DNA from: Aulosira sp. ZfuVER01
GTDB taxonomy: Bacteria > Cyanobacteriota > Cyanobacteriia > Cyanobacteriales > Nostocaceae
Direction: 5' to 3'
DNA length: 64,000 nt
NCBI GenBank assembly: GCA_034530615.2
Contig: JAVRCV020000061.1
Location: 25,838-89,837 of the forward strand
The notes under the pieces are model-generated. The model saw only the letters and a program-made list of their open reading frames with translations, was not told the DNA's origin and did no database searches. Below are positions 1 to 10,470 of the stretch, piece after piece (the stretch's first letter is position 1; each line of letters starts with the position of its first letter). The translations under genes and the position numbers were made by a program.

Positions 1-216
1 AGGTGCTTTTAACAATTTGAATACACAATAAACTTACAGTCTATTCTTCAGGCTAAATTTGGGATGATAATACCAAATCAACATCTAGATAAATATAAAA
101 AATTTCTTAAAATTATTGGTAGCATCATGCCTGTGCCGTTTTTGTGTAGAGCAAAGCAGGTCGTCTGACCTCTTGAGATCTTATATTGAGTGTATTACGA
201 GGTTTTATGACTGCAT

Positions 217-1038
217 ATGGTTTGGCCCTTTAAGCCCAGGTTTAGTAAACAAATTGCTCGGATTGAAATTACTGGTGCAATATCCAGCGCTACTCGCAAA
301 CGTGTGCTAGAAGCACTAAAAACAGTAGAGGAAAAAAAATTTCCAGCATTACTGCTACGGATTGATAGTCCTGGCGGAACAGTGGGGGATTCTCAAGAAA
401 TATACAGCGCCCTGAAACGCCTGCGGGATAAAATGAAAATTGTTGCCAGCTTTGGCAATATTTCGGCTTCTGGCGGTGTCTACATTGGCATGGGAGCCGA
501 ACACATCATGGCAAACCCAGGGACAATTACTGGCAGTATTGGTGTCATTCTGCGGGGAAATAATTTAGAACGATTGCTAGACAAAATTGGGATTTCCTTC
601 AAGGTAATTAAATCTGGCCCTTACAAAGATATTTTGGCATTCGACCGAGAACTGACGGAACCAGAACAAAATATTCTGCAAGAGTTGATAGATATCAGTT
701 ATCAGCAGTTTGTACAAACAGTCGCTGAAGCCCGTTCTTTAGCGGTAGAAACTGTGAAAAGTTTTGCGGATGGTCGGATTTTTACTGGACAGCAAGCCTT
801 AGAGTTAGGAGTCGTAGATCGTTTGGGAACAGAGGAAGATGCACGGCGGTGGACAGCAGAACTAGCCGGACTCGATCCTGAAAAAACACCGTGCTTCACC
901 CTAGAAGAACCTAAACCTTTTTTAAGTAGATTTTTACCAGGAAGTCGTCAGGTGTCATCAGGAATTGGGGCTGGTATTGACTGGTTGGAATTTGAAGTGT
1001 CTACCAGTGGTTTACCGCTGTGGTTATATCGACCATAA
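217..1038 (+). CDS. sppA: Signal peptide peptidase SppA (36K type, peptidase S49)
   Basis: LRIDSPGG, ISASGGVYI and TITGSIGVI motifs; 273 aa. Confidence 0.92.
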   Translation: MVWPFKPRFSKQIARIEITGAISSATRKRVLEALKTVEEKKFPALLLRIDSPGGTVGDSQEIYSALKRLRDKMKIVASFGNISASGGVYIGMGAEHIMANPGTITGSIGVILRGNNLERLLDKIGISFKVIKSGPYKDILAFDRELTEPEQNILQELIDISYQQFVQTVAEARSLAVETVKSFADGRIFTGQQALELGVVDRLGTEEDARRWTAELAGLDPEKTPCFTLEEPKPFLSRFLPGSRQVSSGIGAGIDWLEFEVSTSGLPLWLYRP

Positions 1039-1122
1039 ATAGGCAATCAATATTTGGATTTGAAATTTGCGTTTTTAGCTTTGTACCATCAGCTAGCAGA
1101 GAGGGATGAATCGAAAAACCTC

Positions 1123-1147
1123 AATCCAAAATCCAAAATCTAAAATT
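1123..1147. repeat. STRR heptamer repeat (AATCCAA/AATCTAA)
   Basis: aatccaa aatccaa aatctaa aatt in tandem. Confidence 0.75.
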
Positions 1148-1235
1148 GGCACGGTCAATAGTCAGAGGTAAATCAACAGTGGTAAAAACAATAAAGTTAG
1201 AAATGAAAGTTGAGCTAATTTAAGGAGGATTGGGC

Positions 1236-1649
1236 GTGGAGTGTCGAATGCGGGCTATTCGTGGAGCAACAACCGTTTCAGAAAATACAACTGAGGCGAT
1301 TAGAGAAGCGGTAACAGAACTACTAGATGAATTGGAAAACCGGAATCATCTCCAACCAAAAGATATTATCAGTGTTACGTTCTCGGTGACACGGGATTTG
1401 GATGCGATTTTTCCAGCTGCGATCGCCAGAACACGTCCTGCTTGGGATGGTGTGGCAATGTTGGATGTGCAGCAAATGCACGTCGAGGGCAGCTTACAGC
1501 ACTGTATCCGCTTTTTAATCCACGTCTACCTGCCAGCCTCCGCACCAATTTACCATACATATTTACGTCACGCTGCCAACCTGCGTCCTGACTGGAGTTT
1601 ACCCCAACCGTTACCAGAATCGCCGCAAGTAGTAGAATCAAAAGTCTAA
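1236..1649 (+). CDS. aroH: Chorismate mutase, AroH class
   Basis: MRAIRGATT, FSVTRDLDAIFPA, CIRFLIH and LRPDW motifs; GTG at 1236 follows an AGGAGG RBS. Confidence 0.93.
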   Translation: MECRMRAIRGATTVSENTTEAIREAVTELLDELENRNHLQPKDIISVTFSVTRDLDAIFPAAIARTRPAWDGVAMLDVQQMHVEGSLQHCIRFLIHVYLPASAPIYHTYLRHAANLRPDWSLPQPLPESPQVVESKV

Positions 1650-1855
1650 ACTATGCACGTAAATTAGTCGATGAAATAATCTACGCTTAAAATACAAGGA
1701 CTGAGATTAGAAATAAAAAAATAAAAGCCTGAAAATAGTACTAAGTGCTATATGGCAAGAGAAAGATTTTTTAATTCTCTTGAGTTTCATTTTATAAATT
1801 TATCACTCAGCACTTTTTAAACAGCTTTAATTTAAAACGACTGGTTTAAATAACA

Positions 1856-1887
1856 AAAAAGTCTTGGGTTTGCTAACCAAGGCTTTT
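1856..1887. terminator. Probable bidirectional intrinsic terminator
   Basis: aaaaagtcttgg...ccaaggctttt hairpin with A/T tails between convergent aroH and CHAT genes. Confidence 0.55.
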
Positions 1888-1978
1888 ATTTTTTATCAGA
1901 TGCTGCGAAATTCCCAACTTGTTCAAAAAGTCGGGAATCTTAGTTTTATATTACATACTGCCGACAAAATTTATCTAA

Positions 1979-3514
1979 CTAATTCCAGTTACCAATTACG
2001 GTAAATGCCGACCAAAAATAAGGATGAGATAAAGTAACATTTTCTGCCACATCTAAATCTGGAGGTAGAGACACGAAATTGTTTTCCGACAGACGTAATT
2101 TGCCATCTTGTATCCGAACTTCTCCTTTGAGCATTGCTAATTGAGCTTGCCTAAGTGCTAGAGACCTTAAGGAAGTAGCCTTCAACTCATTGTAAAATTT
2201 AGTCATCAATGCTAGAGAGCCTTCATCGCTGACATACCAAAGACTACCAAGCGCTGTTTTGACTCCTGCTTGGACTGCTAAACCAGCAAATCCTAATTCG
2301 GCCTCGTTGTTACCTAAGGCTGTTGTACAGGCACTCAAAACTAACATTTCAACTTTCGGATTAGCACTCCATTTTAATTCCTGAGATAAGGTTCTCAGCT
2401 GATTCAAGCGAATTTTTTCATTCCACAACTGAATATAAGATTTGGTAAGTTCTCCAGGATTAAATTGCCCATGAGTTGCTAAATGAATAATCCCAAAACG
2501 CTGTTTGCTGCTAACAGATTTGAGATTTTCTATTGTAGATGCTTTATTTAATAATGCTTGAGCCTGACCCGACCAAATTTTGGTAGCTAATGTATTTACT
2601 TCTACACCTGCAAATGGTAGCGGTACTTGGTCTTCTGTACTTTCTGAGACTCCCATTGCCAAAACTTCGGATTTAGCAATCGGGGCATAACGAGTATCTG
2701 TGAGGCTGAAACTAGGTATGAGTGCAACACCATATTTTTCAATGATGAACTGTTTGCCATCATGCAAAGCAGCAATAGGAATAGAGCGCAAACCGCTATC
2801 CATTGAAAAGATTAAAGTGTTGATTTTGTTAGCTTGTAAAGTAGGTTCAAAAGGAGCAACTATCCAACGATAAAGTTGTTGAGAAGGCACTAGATAATTG
2901 TTTTTCTCATTTCTATAATTAGTGATTTTAGAACGAAATTGTTGAGCAACTTTTTGGACATTACTGTGTTTTGCTTCTAAAATATCTTTGCGGATAGGTT
3001 GAATGTTATCTGATGCACTGTTGAGACATTTAGAATTGCTGGAAGATGTTTGTGTAGCTCCACTAGGAAGGACGAGAATGAGGTTAAGTTTGTCTTTTAA
3101 AGAAGCTACATAAAGCAGAGCCGCATTTTGCCCTGTTTGCTGACAAAGGTTTTTTAAGGTTTGCGCAATATCTGAAGTTGAAGCAACTTCTCCAAATAAT
3201 TGCGTACCAAATCTTTCGCCAATTTCTATTGCTTGCAACTCTTCAAATTGCTCAATAGCTTGTTCAACAGGTGCTGATTCAAAACTCTTATCAAATGCGG
3301 TTCGATCTATTTCTACGTTATTACTGCCTGTAGTATCATCTGGGAAAGCCTCTTGAGGATCGGGGCCAGTGATATCAGAAGGATTGACAATTTCCTGAGG
3401 ATCGGAACCACCATTATCTGATTGATTTGCTGATTGAGCATAAACAGATTTAAAGAAAATTAAAACTAAAGCAACTGATAATAAAATTGCCAAAAATGAA
3501 CGAGGTAATTTCAT
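1979..3514 (-). CDS. Secreted CHAT-domain (caspase-like) protein
   Basis: Signal peptide; IHLATHG and LVLSAC catalytic His/Cys motifs; HPYFWSAFTVIGNW C-terminus. Confidence 0.9.
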   Translation of the reverse strand: MKLPRSFLAILLSVALVLIFFKSVYAQSANQSDNGGSDPQEIVNPSDITGPDPQEAFPDDTTGSNNVEIDRTAFDKSFESAPVEQAIEQFEELQAIEIGERFGTQLFGEVASTSDIAQTLKNLCQQTGQNAALLYVASLKDKLNLILVLPSGATQTSSSNSKCLNSASDNIQPIRKDILEAKHSNVQKVAQQFRSKITNYRNEKNNYLVPSQQLYRWIVAPFEPTLQANKINTLIFSMDSGLRSIPIAALHDGKQFIIEKYGVALIPSFSLTDTRYAPIAKSEVLAMGVSESTEDQVPLPFAGVEVNTLATKIWSGQAQALLNKASTIENLKSVSSKQRFGIIHLATHGQFNPGELTKSYIQLWNEKIRLNQLRTLSQELKWSANPKVEMLVLSACTTALGNNEAELGFAGLAVQAGVKTALGSLWYVSDEGSLALMTKFYNELKATSLRSLALRQAQLAMLKGEVRIQDGKLRLSENNFVSLPPDLDVAENVTLSHPYFWSAFTVIGNWN

Positions 3515-3547
3515 AATATAGATTTCCCATTTTGAGATAGATCTAAC

Positions 3548-4561
3548 TTAAAAAGAAATTCCATAACCAATACCAAAGATAAAGCGGCTACCATCACCCG
3601 CATTACCAGTAATATCGGTAACTGCTGGGGTAACTACTAAAGGGATGTTCTTAAATGGTGTAATTGATAATCCTAGGGTTAAATCTTGTCCAGTCCATTC
3701 TGCGATCGCATTCACTGGTTGAGCGACTCGTAAAGCTACACTACCAAAAACTCCGATAGAATCAACTTTATTTCTCATGTCCGATTCTGAACGAAATTGT
3801 CCACCACCAATACCAGCCGAAACGTAAAGGCGACTAAAAGATTTGCGATCGCTATCTTGCAGGCGAAACATTTTAGTCACTACACCATAAGCACTTGTAC
3901 CACCGTCAGTTTCACCAAAAGTTACAAAATTCTTCACACCAACAGCTACAGCAAAATCATCTGGAAGTCTGCGATGTAATTTAAAACTTAGCGTCCCATC
4001 CTGAAGATTATCTAAGTCAACAATGCCTAAACTTACATCTAACCCAACTGACTTTTGCGCATCACCGAAACCAATACCAAATCCGATTACGCCATCGGCT
4101 GTGTCAGTAAAGCGAGTTCGAGATTGTAGTCCTAAGCCTACAGAAGCACTGCCCCAAGATTTACCATAGGCAGATGGTGTTTGAATAGTAATACCAGGAG
4201 ATGTAACCGAACTCGACCGTTTTTTCCTAAAGACTGCGGGTATTCTCTGTGGTTGAAAAGGCTTTTGTTCTGGGTAGGCTGGTTCTATTTGTAGAGGTTG
4301 TTGTCCCACTGGCTTTGATGTTTGCTTGCTCGTGATTCCAGTATCCTGAGTTATGGAAAAAGGCGATATCTCTATCAATGTCGGAGGGGAAATTGTCGGA
4401 GTTACAGAATTTTGATTAAGTTGTGCTGCGGTCTTAAAAGCTTTCAAATCCTTTGATTCTGAAAACTCAACAGGAACAAATTCATCTTTATATGGAATTT
4501 TCGTAGAGAAACTATTACTATCTGTTGTGATGAGAGGATATTCTCCTAGAAAGTAAACCAT
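3548..4561 (-). CDS. Hypothetical protein, probable outer-membrane beta-barrel
   Basis: Alternating amphipathic beta-strands in the C-terminal ~210 aa; ends in GIGYGISF (BAM-type signal); no clear signal peptide. Confidence 0.6.
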   Translation of the reverse strand: MVYFLGEYPLITTDSNSFSTKIPYKDEFVPVEFSESKDLKAFKTAAQLNQNSVTPTISPPTLIEISPFSITQDTGITSKQTSKPVGQQPLQIEPAYPEQKPFQPQRIPAVFRKKRSSSVTSPGITIQTPSAYGKSWGSASVGLGLQSRTRFTDTADGVIGFGIGFGDAQKSVGLDVSLGIVDLDNLQDGTLSFKLHRRLPDDFAVAVGVKNFVTFGETDGGTSAYGVVTKMFRLQDSDRKSFSRLYVSAGIGGGQFRSESDMRNKVDSIGVFGSVALRVAQPVNAIAEWTGQDLTLGLSITPFKNIPLVVTPAVTDITGNAGDGSRFIFGIGYGISF

Positions 4562-4989
4562 AATTTACCTATTTTAATTAATAATTATGTTTGTGATATT
4601 AGCATTACTGACGCTAAAACCGCAGGCAAATCAATGGTTGTAACAATTTGATATATGCTAAATTTAATATTTAATTAAACTTTTTCTTACTGATAAATAA
4701 GTAAAGATTTTTAGGTTTTCATACTTGAGTTTTACTAGTGCATAAAACAAATATAAAACTAAGATCCCAAATGTTTGATTTCATTTTTAAACGCAGAGGA
4801 ACACAGAGTTCACGCAAAGGGGCGCGAAGGAAGATTTATTGAAGGCGATTCTGTTGTTTTTTATGGGATGCTCTCGGCAGAGCTTAAGTTATTGCTTGAG
4901 ATGGAGTGGTAATTTAACCTAATTGGGTGATGTTCTAAAAATACATTTCCTGTCAAGCTAAAAAAATCCGATCGCCAGGAGTACTGTTC

Positions 4990-5637
4990 TTGAACCAAAT
5001 CAATCTCTGGACTTCTGCTGACCATGCCTTAAAATATCTGGCTAAGGCAGACTCTATACCCCACCGTACTGAAGGTGAAGCAGTCTTACTAGAACACGTC
5101 CCCAAGACTGTAAAGCGCATTCTGGATTTAGGTACTGGTGATGGTCGTTTATTAGCACTACTCAAACTTGACCGTCCCCAGGCGCAAAGTATAGCTGTTG
5201 ACTTTTCCGCAACCATGTTAGATGCGGTAAAAACGCGCTTTGCTGGCGATACAACAGTACAGGTAATTGCCCATAATTTAGATGAACCTCTGCCAGAATT
5301 AGGTTCTTTTGATGCAGTAGTTTCCAGCTTTGCTATTCATCACCTTACCCACGATCGCAAACTTTCTCTGTATGCAGAAATTTTTCAAATCTTGGAACCG
5401 GGTGGTATTTTCTGCAATTTAGAGCATGTTGCCTCTCCCACGCCAGCATTGCATGAGCATTTTTTACACTCAATTGGTTTTACCTTAGAAACTGAAGACC
5501 CATCCAATAAACTTTTAGATGTAGAAACACAACTGAGTTGGCTACGCAAGATTGGCTTTATTGATGTGGATTGTTATTGGAAGTGGCTAGAACTGGCGCT
5601 ATTGATTGGCTTGAAACCTAATTCAAGTAATGTTTGA
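4990..5637 (+). CDS. Class I SAM-dependent methyltransferase
   Basis: ILDLGTGDG motif I; FDAVVSSFAIHHL; LEPGG. Confidence 0.88.
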   Translation: MNQINLWTSADHALKYLAKADSIPHRTEGEAVLLEHVPKTVKRILDLGTGDGRLLALLKLDRPQAQSIAVDFSATMLDAVKTRFAGDTTVQVIAHNLDEPLPELGSFDAVVSSFAIHHLTHDRKLSLYAEIFQILEPGGIFCNLEHVASPTPALHEHFLHSIGFTLETEDPSNKLLDVETQLSWLRKIGFIDVDCYWKWLELALLIGLKPNSSNV

Positions 5638-5679
5638 GTTAGGATGTGAAGTGAAGAGAGCGATAAAAAAGCGATCGCG

Positions 5680-6231
5680 ATGGTTGTAACTACAGCTAAG
5701 TGGACAATAGATGATTACCACCGCATGATTGCAGCCGGAATCTTAGACGAGCGGCGTGTGGAGTTGCTACAAGGAGAGATTTTCGAGATTTCACTAGAAG
5801 GCGAACCCCACGCCTATTTTAGTAGTAAGGCGGGGGAATATCTCACTCGGTTATTGGGCGAGCGCGCTACAATTCGTCCAGCTAAACCGATTACACTTCC
5901 TAACAACTCACAACCAGAACCAGATCTTGCGATCGTCCAACGCTTGGGGCGTGAATACCTAAATCATCATCCCTATCCTGAAAATATTTTCTGGCTGATT
6001 GAATACTCTGATTCCAGCCTAGACAAAGATTTAGAGATTAAAACTAAAATCTATGCTGAAGCTGAAATACTTGAATATTGGGTGGTAAATCTCAAAAAAA
6101 GGCAGCTTATTGTATTTCGAGAGCCTCAAGATGGTGAGTATGCTTCCAAATCTACACTCACAGGTGGAACTATTTACCCAATAGCATTTCCAGATATAGC
6201 TGTTGCGGTAGATTTGATTGTCAGTACTTAA
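5680..6231 (+). CDS. Uma2 family putative endonuclease
   Basis: RVELLQGEI, PEPDLAIV, LIEYSDSS and KIYAEAEILEYWVVNL motifs. Confidence 0.9.
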   Translation: MVVTTAKWTIDDYHRMIAAGILDERRVELLQGEIFEISLEGEPHAYFSSKAGEYLTRLLGERATIRPAKPITLPNNSQPEPDLAIVQRLGREYLNHHPYPENIFWLIEYSDSSLDKDLEIKTKIYAEAEILEYWVVNLKKRQLIVFREPQDGEYASKSTLTGGTIYPIAFPDIAVAVDLIVST

Positions 6232-6251
6232 ATTTGCCACACTACTTTATT

Positions 6252-7916
6252 ATGGATGTGCTTCATCCACTTTCAGATTTTATTGACTGCAATTCTCCTA
6301 TCAGCAATGCATCACCAACTTACTACTATGAAGGATATTGCCCTCAAAGTGGTAATTTGCTGAGACTCCCACGCACTTCTTTGGTAGAAGCGATCGCTCA
6401 ATGTTTAATGCAGCAACTTGCCAAAGATGAACTATATTCCCAAGAAGGCAAGATGTATGGAATATTGTTAGTTGAACTACCTAATGGTGAACAGCGGATT
6501 CTCAAAGCTTTCTCCGGGTTGCTGAATGCTTGCAGTGTAGTTGAAGGTTGGGTTCCACCGATTCCGGGACGAGAGGAAGTTGCTTTAGAAGAAGCCAAAA
6601 CTTTGGCAGAATTGGAAGCTATCAAGCAAGAATTAATTACCTTAAACCAACTCCCCGAAAGAAAACAATACGAAACTCTGTCTCGTGAATTTGCACAGCA
6701 GTTGCAACAAATGCGCGATCGCCATCGCAATAGTAAACATCAGCGTCAAGAACAACGTCAGCTAATCTGCGAGACACTCACAGGCGAAACACTCACTGTT
6801 GCTATTGAAAAACTTGATGAAGAAAGCCGTCAGCAGGGAATTGAACAACGCCAACTCAAACGCCAGCAAAATGAAGTTTTGCAGCCACTCAAGCAGATAA
6901 TCGCAGCAGCAGATACGCAGATGGAAGAACTTAAACAACAGCGTAAACAACTTTCCCGCCAACTCCAAGCACAGATGCACGCAGCTTACACCCTGATGAA
7001 TTTTTTGGGACAAACGCGATCGCTACAACAATTAATGCCACAAGGCTTACCTACTGGTACAGGTGACTGTTGCGCCCCCAAACTATTGCAATATGCGGCT
7101 ACCCATAATTTAAAACCATTAGCAATGGCAGAATTTTGGTTAGGAACTAAGTCTGCTGATGGAGACAAAATTCCGGGAAGATTTTACGGTGCTTGTGCAG
7201 AACGCTGTCAGCCATTGATGGGGTTTTTGTTATCAGGTTTCTCAGAAATTAAATCTTCAACTCTCTTATCTATTAACCAAAATCAAGACGAAACACTATC
7301 TATTATTTACGAAGATAAATGGTTAATTGCCGTCAATAAACCCACAGGATTACTATCAGTTCCAGGTCGTTATTTTGATACTCAAGATAGCGTTCTTAGT
7401 CGTTTGCGAAATTTATTACCGGATGGGATGTCACTCAATACCGTGCATCGTCTAGATCGAGACACATCTGGTATTTTGTTATTAGCACGCGATCGCCAAA
7501 CTTATCGCCAACTAGGCGTACAATTTCAGCTTCAGCAAGTACACAAAGTATATGAAGCCCTACTTTCTGGAATTGTCACCGTTGACCGAGGTGTAATTGA
7601 ATTGCCACTTTGGGGAAATCCCGATCATCGCCCTTATCAGCAAGTTGATTGGGAATACGGTAAACCCAGCATCACCCATTTTCAAGTTCTAGCTAGAGAG
7701 GGAAACTATACTCGTGTTGAGTTTACACCGCTAACCGGACGCACCCATCAGTTAAGAGTTCATGCTGCTGATGGGCTAGGGGTAGCTATTTTAGGCGATC
7801 GCCTTTATGGTGGTAATCAACTTGACAGTCGCTTATATTTGCACGCAAGGGAACTTTCCTTCCAGCATCCGCACTTGGGAGAAACCCTGCAAATACAGGC
7901 AAACACTCCATTTTGA
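6252..7916 (+). CDS. Long-form RluA family pseudouridine synthase
   Basis: C-terminal VNKPTGLLSVP, HRLDRDTSG and TGRTHQLRVH; N-terminal coiled-coil/Cys extension; ATG 6252 chosen over TTG 6234. Confidence 0.9.
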   Translation: MDVLHPLSDFIDCNSPISNASPTYYYEGYCPQSGNLLRLPRTSLVEAIAQCLMQQLAKDELYSQEGKMYGILLVELPNGEQRILKAFSGLLNACSVVEGWVPPIPGREEVALEEAKTLAELEAIKQELITLNQLPERKQYETLSREFAQQLQQMRDRHRNSKHQRQEQRQLICETLTGETLTVAIEKLDEESRQQGIEQRQLKRQQNEVLQPLKQIIAAADTQMEELKQQRKQLSRQLQAQMHAAYTLMNFLGQTRSLQQLMPQGLPTGTGDCCAPKLLQYAATHNLKPLAMAEFWLGTKSADGDKIPGRFYGACAERCQPLMGFLLSGFSEIKSSTLLSINQNQDETLSIIYEDKWLIAVNKPTGLLSVPGRYFDTQDSVLSRLRNLLPDGMSLNTVHRLDRDTSGILLLARDRQTYRQLGVQFQLQQVHKVYEALLSGIVTVDRGVIELPLWGNPDHRPYQQVDWEYGKPSITHFQVLAREGNYTRVEFTPLTGRTHQLRVHAADGLGVAILGDRLYGGNQLDSRLYLHARELSFQHPHLGETLQIQANTPF

Positions 7917-7989
7917 GCATATTGCTATAGAAAAACTCTGCGTTCCTCCGCGCTAACTTTGCGTCCCTCTGCGTTTCAAAACCTACTTA

Positions 7990-8469
7990 TTAATCTATCC
8001 GACAGCGCCCCTCAGTATTACAAAGTCGCTCTTGACGCTGGGCGACAACATCCTCTAACTTCGGTCGTCCGGTGATAGCGAGTCGCCATTTTGCCCAAAC
8101 TCCATAGAGAAAATCTGCGATCGCACCAATAACAGGTAACTTGGTTATGGCATAAACCCAACCCATCCCTAAGACTTCGTAAACACGCCGAAACACCTCA
8201 ACATTTTGCACTACTGTTCCATCTGGTAAAACTGCATGGATGCGCCCCATTGCGGTTTCAAAGTCTACTCCGCCATGCGCTTCGGGGTTATAATCATCGT
8301 CTGCAATATCGACAAATTTCACCAAGCCTCGTCCTGCATCTCGTTTTTGCAGAAAATTGACCTCGCGCATACATAAAGGACATTCACTGTCATACAACAG
8401 CTCAATTTTCCATGTCGGTGGAGTCAGCACTTGATTGGAAGTGTAGGATGGGGAATTTGATAAGGACAT
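7990..8469 (-). CDS. DCC family thiol-disulfide oxidoreductase (DUF393)
   Basis: LLYDSECPLC (DxxCxxC) motif. Confidence 0.88.
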   Translation of the reverse strand: MSLSNSPSYTSNQVLTPPTWKIELLYDSECPLCMREVNFLQKRDAGRGLVKFVDIADDDYNPEAHGGVDFETAMGRIHAVLPDGTVVQNVEVFRRVYEVLGMGWVYAITKLPVIGAIADFLYGVWAKWRLAITGRPKLEDVVAQRQERLCNTEGRCRID

Positions 8470-8631
8470 AAATAATTGTTAAGTTTCTGGTACTTAAATT
8501 ATTGTAGAAAATTTAAGGAATATAAATAAATATTTCAATCTGGATAATTTCTCAAAAATATGCATTGCCTATGTACTTTTACATAACTCCAGCGATATAA
8601 ATTTTTCTATGTCTACGGAAGTAAATACTTA

Positions 8632-8649
8632 TTCACATTTATTTACAAA
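8632..8649 (+). promoter_or_regulatory. HLR1-like (RpaB) direct repeat upstream of ndhD
   Basis: TTCACATT-TA-TTTACAAA (one mismatch to HLR1), just upstream of TAGAAT at 8656. Confidence 0.4.
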
Positions 8650-8697
8650 TTCGATTAGAATGGCTGTATTCACAGATAAGTATTTTTTCTCATTGAC

Positions 8698-10386
8698 ATG
8701 ATAGCGGATCGATTTCCTTGGCTTACCGCGATTGTTCTACTGCCACTGGTTGCTTCCTTATTCATCCCTGTGCTGCCTGATAAAGATGGCAAGCGCGTGC
8801 GGTGGTATGCCTTTGGTGTAGGTATCGCAGACTTTATTTTGATGTGCTACGCCTTTTGGCAGCATTACGATGCGAGCAGTGCTAGTTTTCAACTCGTGGA
8901 GAATTACGCCTGGATGCCGCAGTTAGGTTTGAACTGGGCTGTATCAGTCGATGGGTTGTCTGCTCCACTGGTGCTACTAGCAGGATTTGTCACCACACTC
9001 TCAATGTTTTCCGCATGGCAAGTCGATCGCAGACCGAAGCTATTCTACTTTCTCATGCTGGTGCTGTATTCGGCACAGATAGGGGTGTTTGTTGCTCAAG
9101 ACTTGCTGCTGTTTTTCATCATGTGGGAAGTTGAGCTAATTCCTGTTTACCTCCTCGTCTGCATTTGGGGTGGACAGAAGCGTCGCTACGCAGCTACAAA
9201 ATTCTTGTTATATACCGCAGCCGCTTCTATATTTATTCTCGTAGCAGCACTGGCAATGGCGCTCTACGGTGGCGGTACGATGACCTTTGATATCGCTGCT
9301 TTGGGGATGAAAGATTTTCCCCTTGGTCTAGAACTACTACTATATGCAGGATTATTAATTGCCTTTGGTGTCAAGCTGGCTATTTTCCCTCTCCACACCT
9401 GGTTGCCAGATGCTCACGGTGAAGCATCGGCTCCTGTCTCGATGATTTTGGCGGGTGTGTTGCTGAAAATGGGCGGATATGGGTTAATTCGTTTAAACCT
9501 TGAACTTCTACCTGACGCACACGTTTACTTTGCACCTGTTTTAGCAATTCTGGGCGTTGTCAACATTATCTATGGTGCGTTGAACTCCTTTGCTCAGACC
9601 AACATGAAGCGGCGCTTGGCGTATTCGTCAATTTCTCACATGGGATTTGTACTGCTGGGGATTGCGTCCTTCACCGATTTAGGAATCAACGGCGCAATGT
9701 TGCAGATGATTTCTCACGGTTTGATTGCATCAGTGCTGTTCTTCTTGGCAGGGGTGACTTATGACCGTACCCACACCATGTCAATGGAAGATATGGGTGG
9801 TATCGGTCAAGCGATGCCCAAAGTATTTGCTCTGTTTACAATCGGTGCGATGGCTTCGTTGGCTCTCCCCGGTATGAGTGGCTTTGCTGGCGAACTTTCG
9901 GTGTTCGTTGGTTTGACTACTAGTGACGTTTACAGTTCGACTTTCTGCACAGTCACAGTTTTCTTAGCCGCAGTGGGAGTTATCCTCACACCAATCTATC
10001 TACTTTCCATGCTGCGACAAGTATTTTACGGCACTGGTAAAGCACCTAACTGTGACCTTGGAGATGCAAGCTGGAAGTATCAAGAAGCTGAAGAAGCGGT
10101 TTGTTTTGGAACAGACTGCGTTGTCCCTACCGAAGCAGTATATAGAGATGCAAGTCCAAGGGAAGTGTTTATTGCTGCCTGTTTTATCGTGCTGATTGTT
10201 GGCATTGGTTTCTACCCCAAAGTAGCGATGCAGATGTACGATGTGAAGACTGTGGCAGTCAATGCTCAAGTTCGCCAATCATATACCGTCATCTCGGAAT
10301 CGAATCCCCGCGTTTATGCTAATGGATTCTTAGCTCCGAAGATTGCAGAGACTGAGTTAGCTCCAGTTTTGGCAACAATGAAGTAA
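8698..10386 (+). CDS. ndhD: NAD(P)H-quinone oxidoreductase subunit 4 (NdhD2-like paralogue)
   Basis: [33 protein letters not shown] and [13 protein letters not shown]; stand-alone gene. Confidence 0.93.
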   Translation: MIADRFPWLTAIVLLPLVASLFIPVLPDKDGKRVRWYAFGVGIADFILMCYAFWQHYDASSASFQLVENYAWMPQLGLNWAVSVDGLSAPLVLLAGFVTTLSMFSAWQVDRRPKLFYFLMLVLYSAQIGVFVAQDLLLFFIMWEVELIPVYLLVCIWGGQKRRYAATKFLLYTAAASIFILVAALAMALYGGGTMTFDIAALGMKDFPLGLELLLYAGLLIAFGVKLAIFPLHTWLPDAHGEASAPVSMILAGVLLKMGGYGLIRLNLELLPDAHVYFAPVLAILGVVNIIYGALNSFAQTNMKRRLAYSSISHMGFVLLGIASFTDLGINGAMLQMISHGLIASVLFFLAGVTYDRTHTMSMEDMGGIGQAMPKVFALFTIGAMASLALPGMSGFAGELSVFVGLTTSDVYSSTFCTVTVFLAAVGVILTPIYLLSMLRQVFYGTGKAPNCDLGDASWKYQEAEEAVCFGTDCVVPTEAVYRDASPREVFIAACFIVLIVGIGFYPKVAMQMYDVKTVAVNAQVRQSYTVISESNPRVYANGFLAPKIAETELAPVLATMK

Positions 10387-10470
10387 GCTTTTCGACCTCT
10401 ATTATCTGTTGAAAAATCAGCGCGATCGCTCTTTGTTGGGCGATCGTTTTTTATATGAACCGACGTAATA

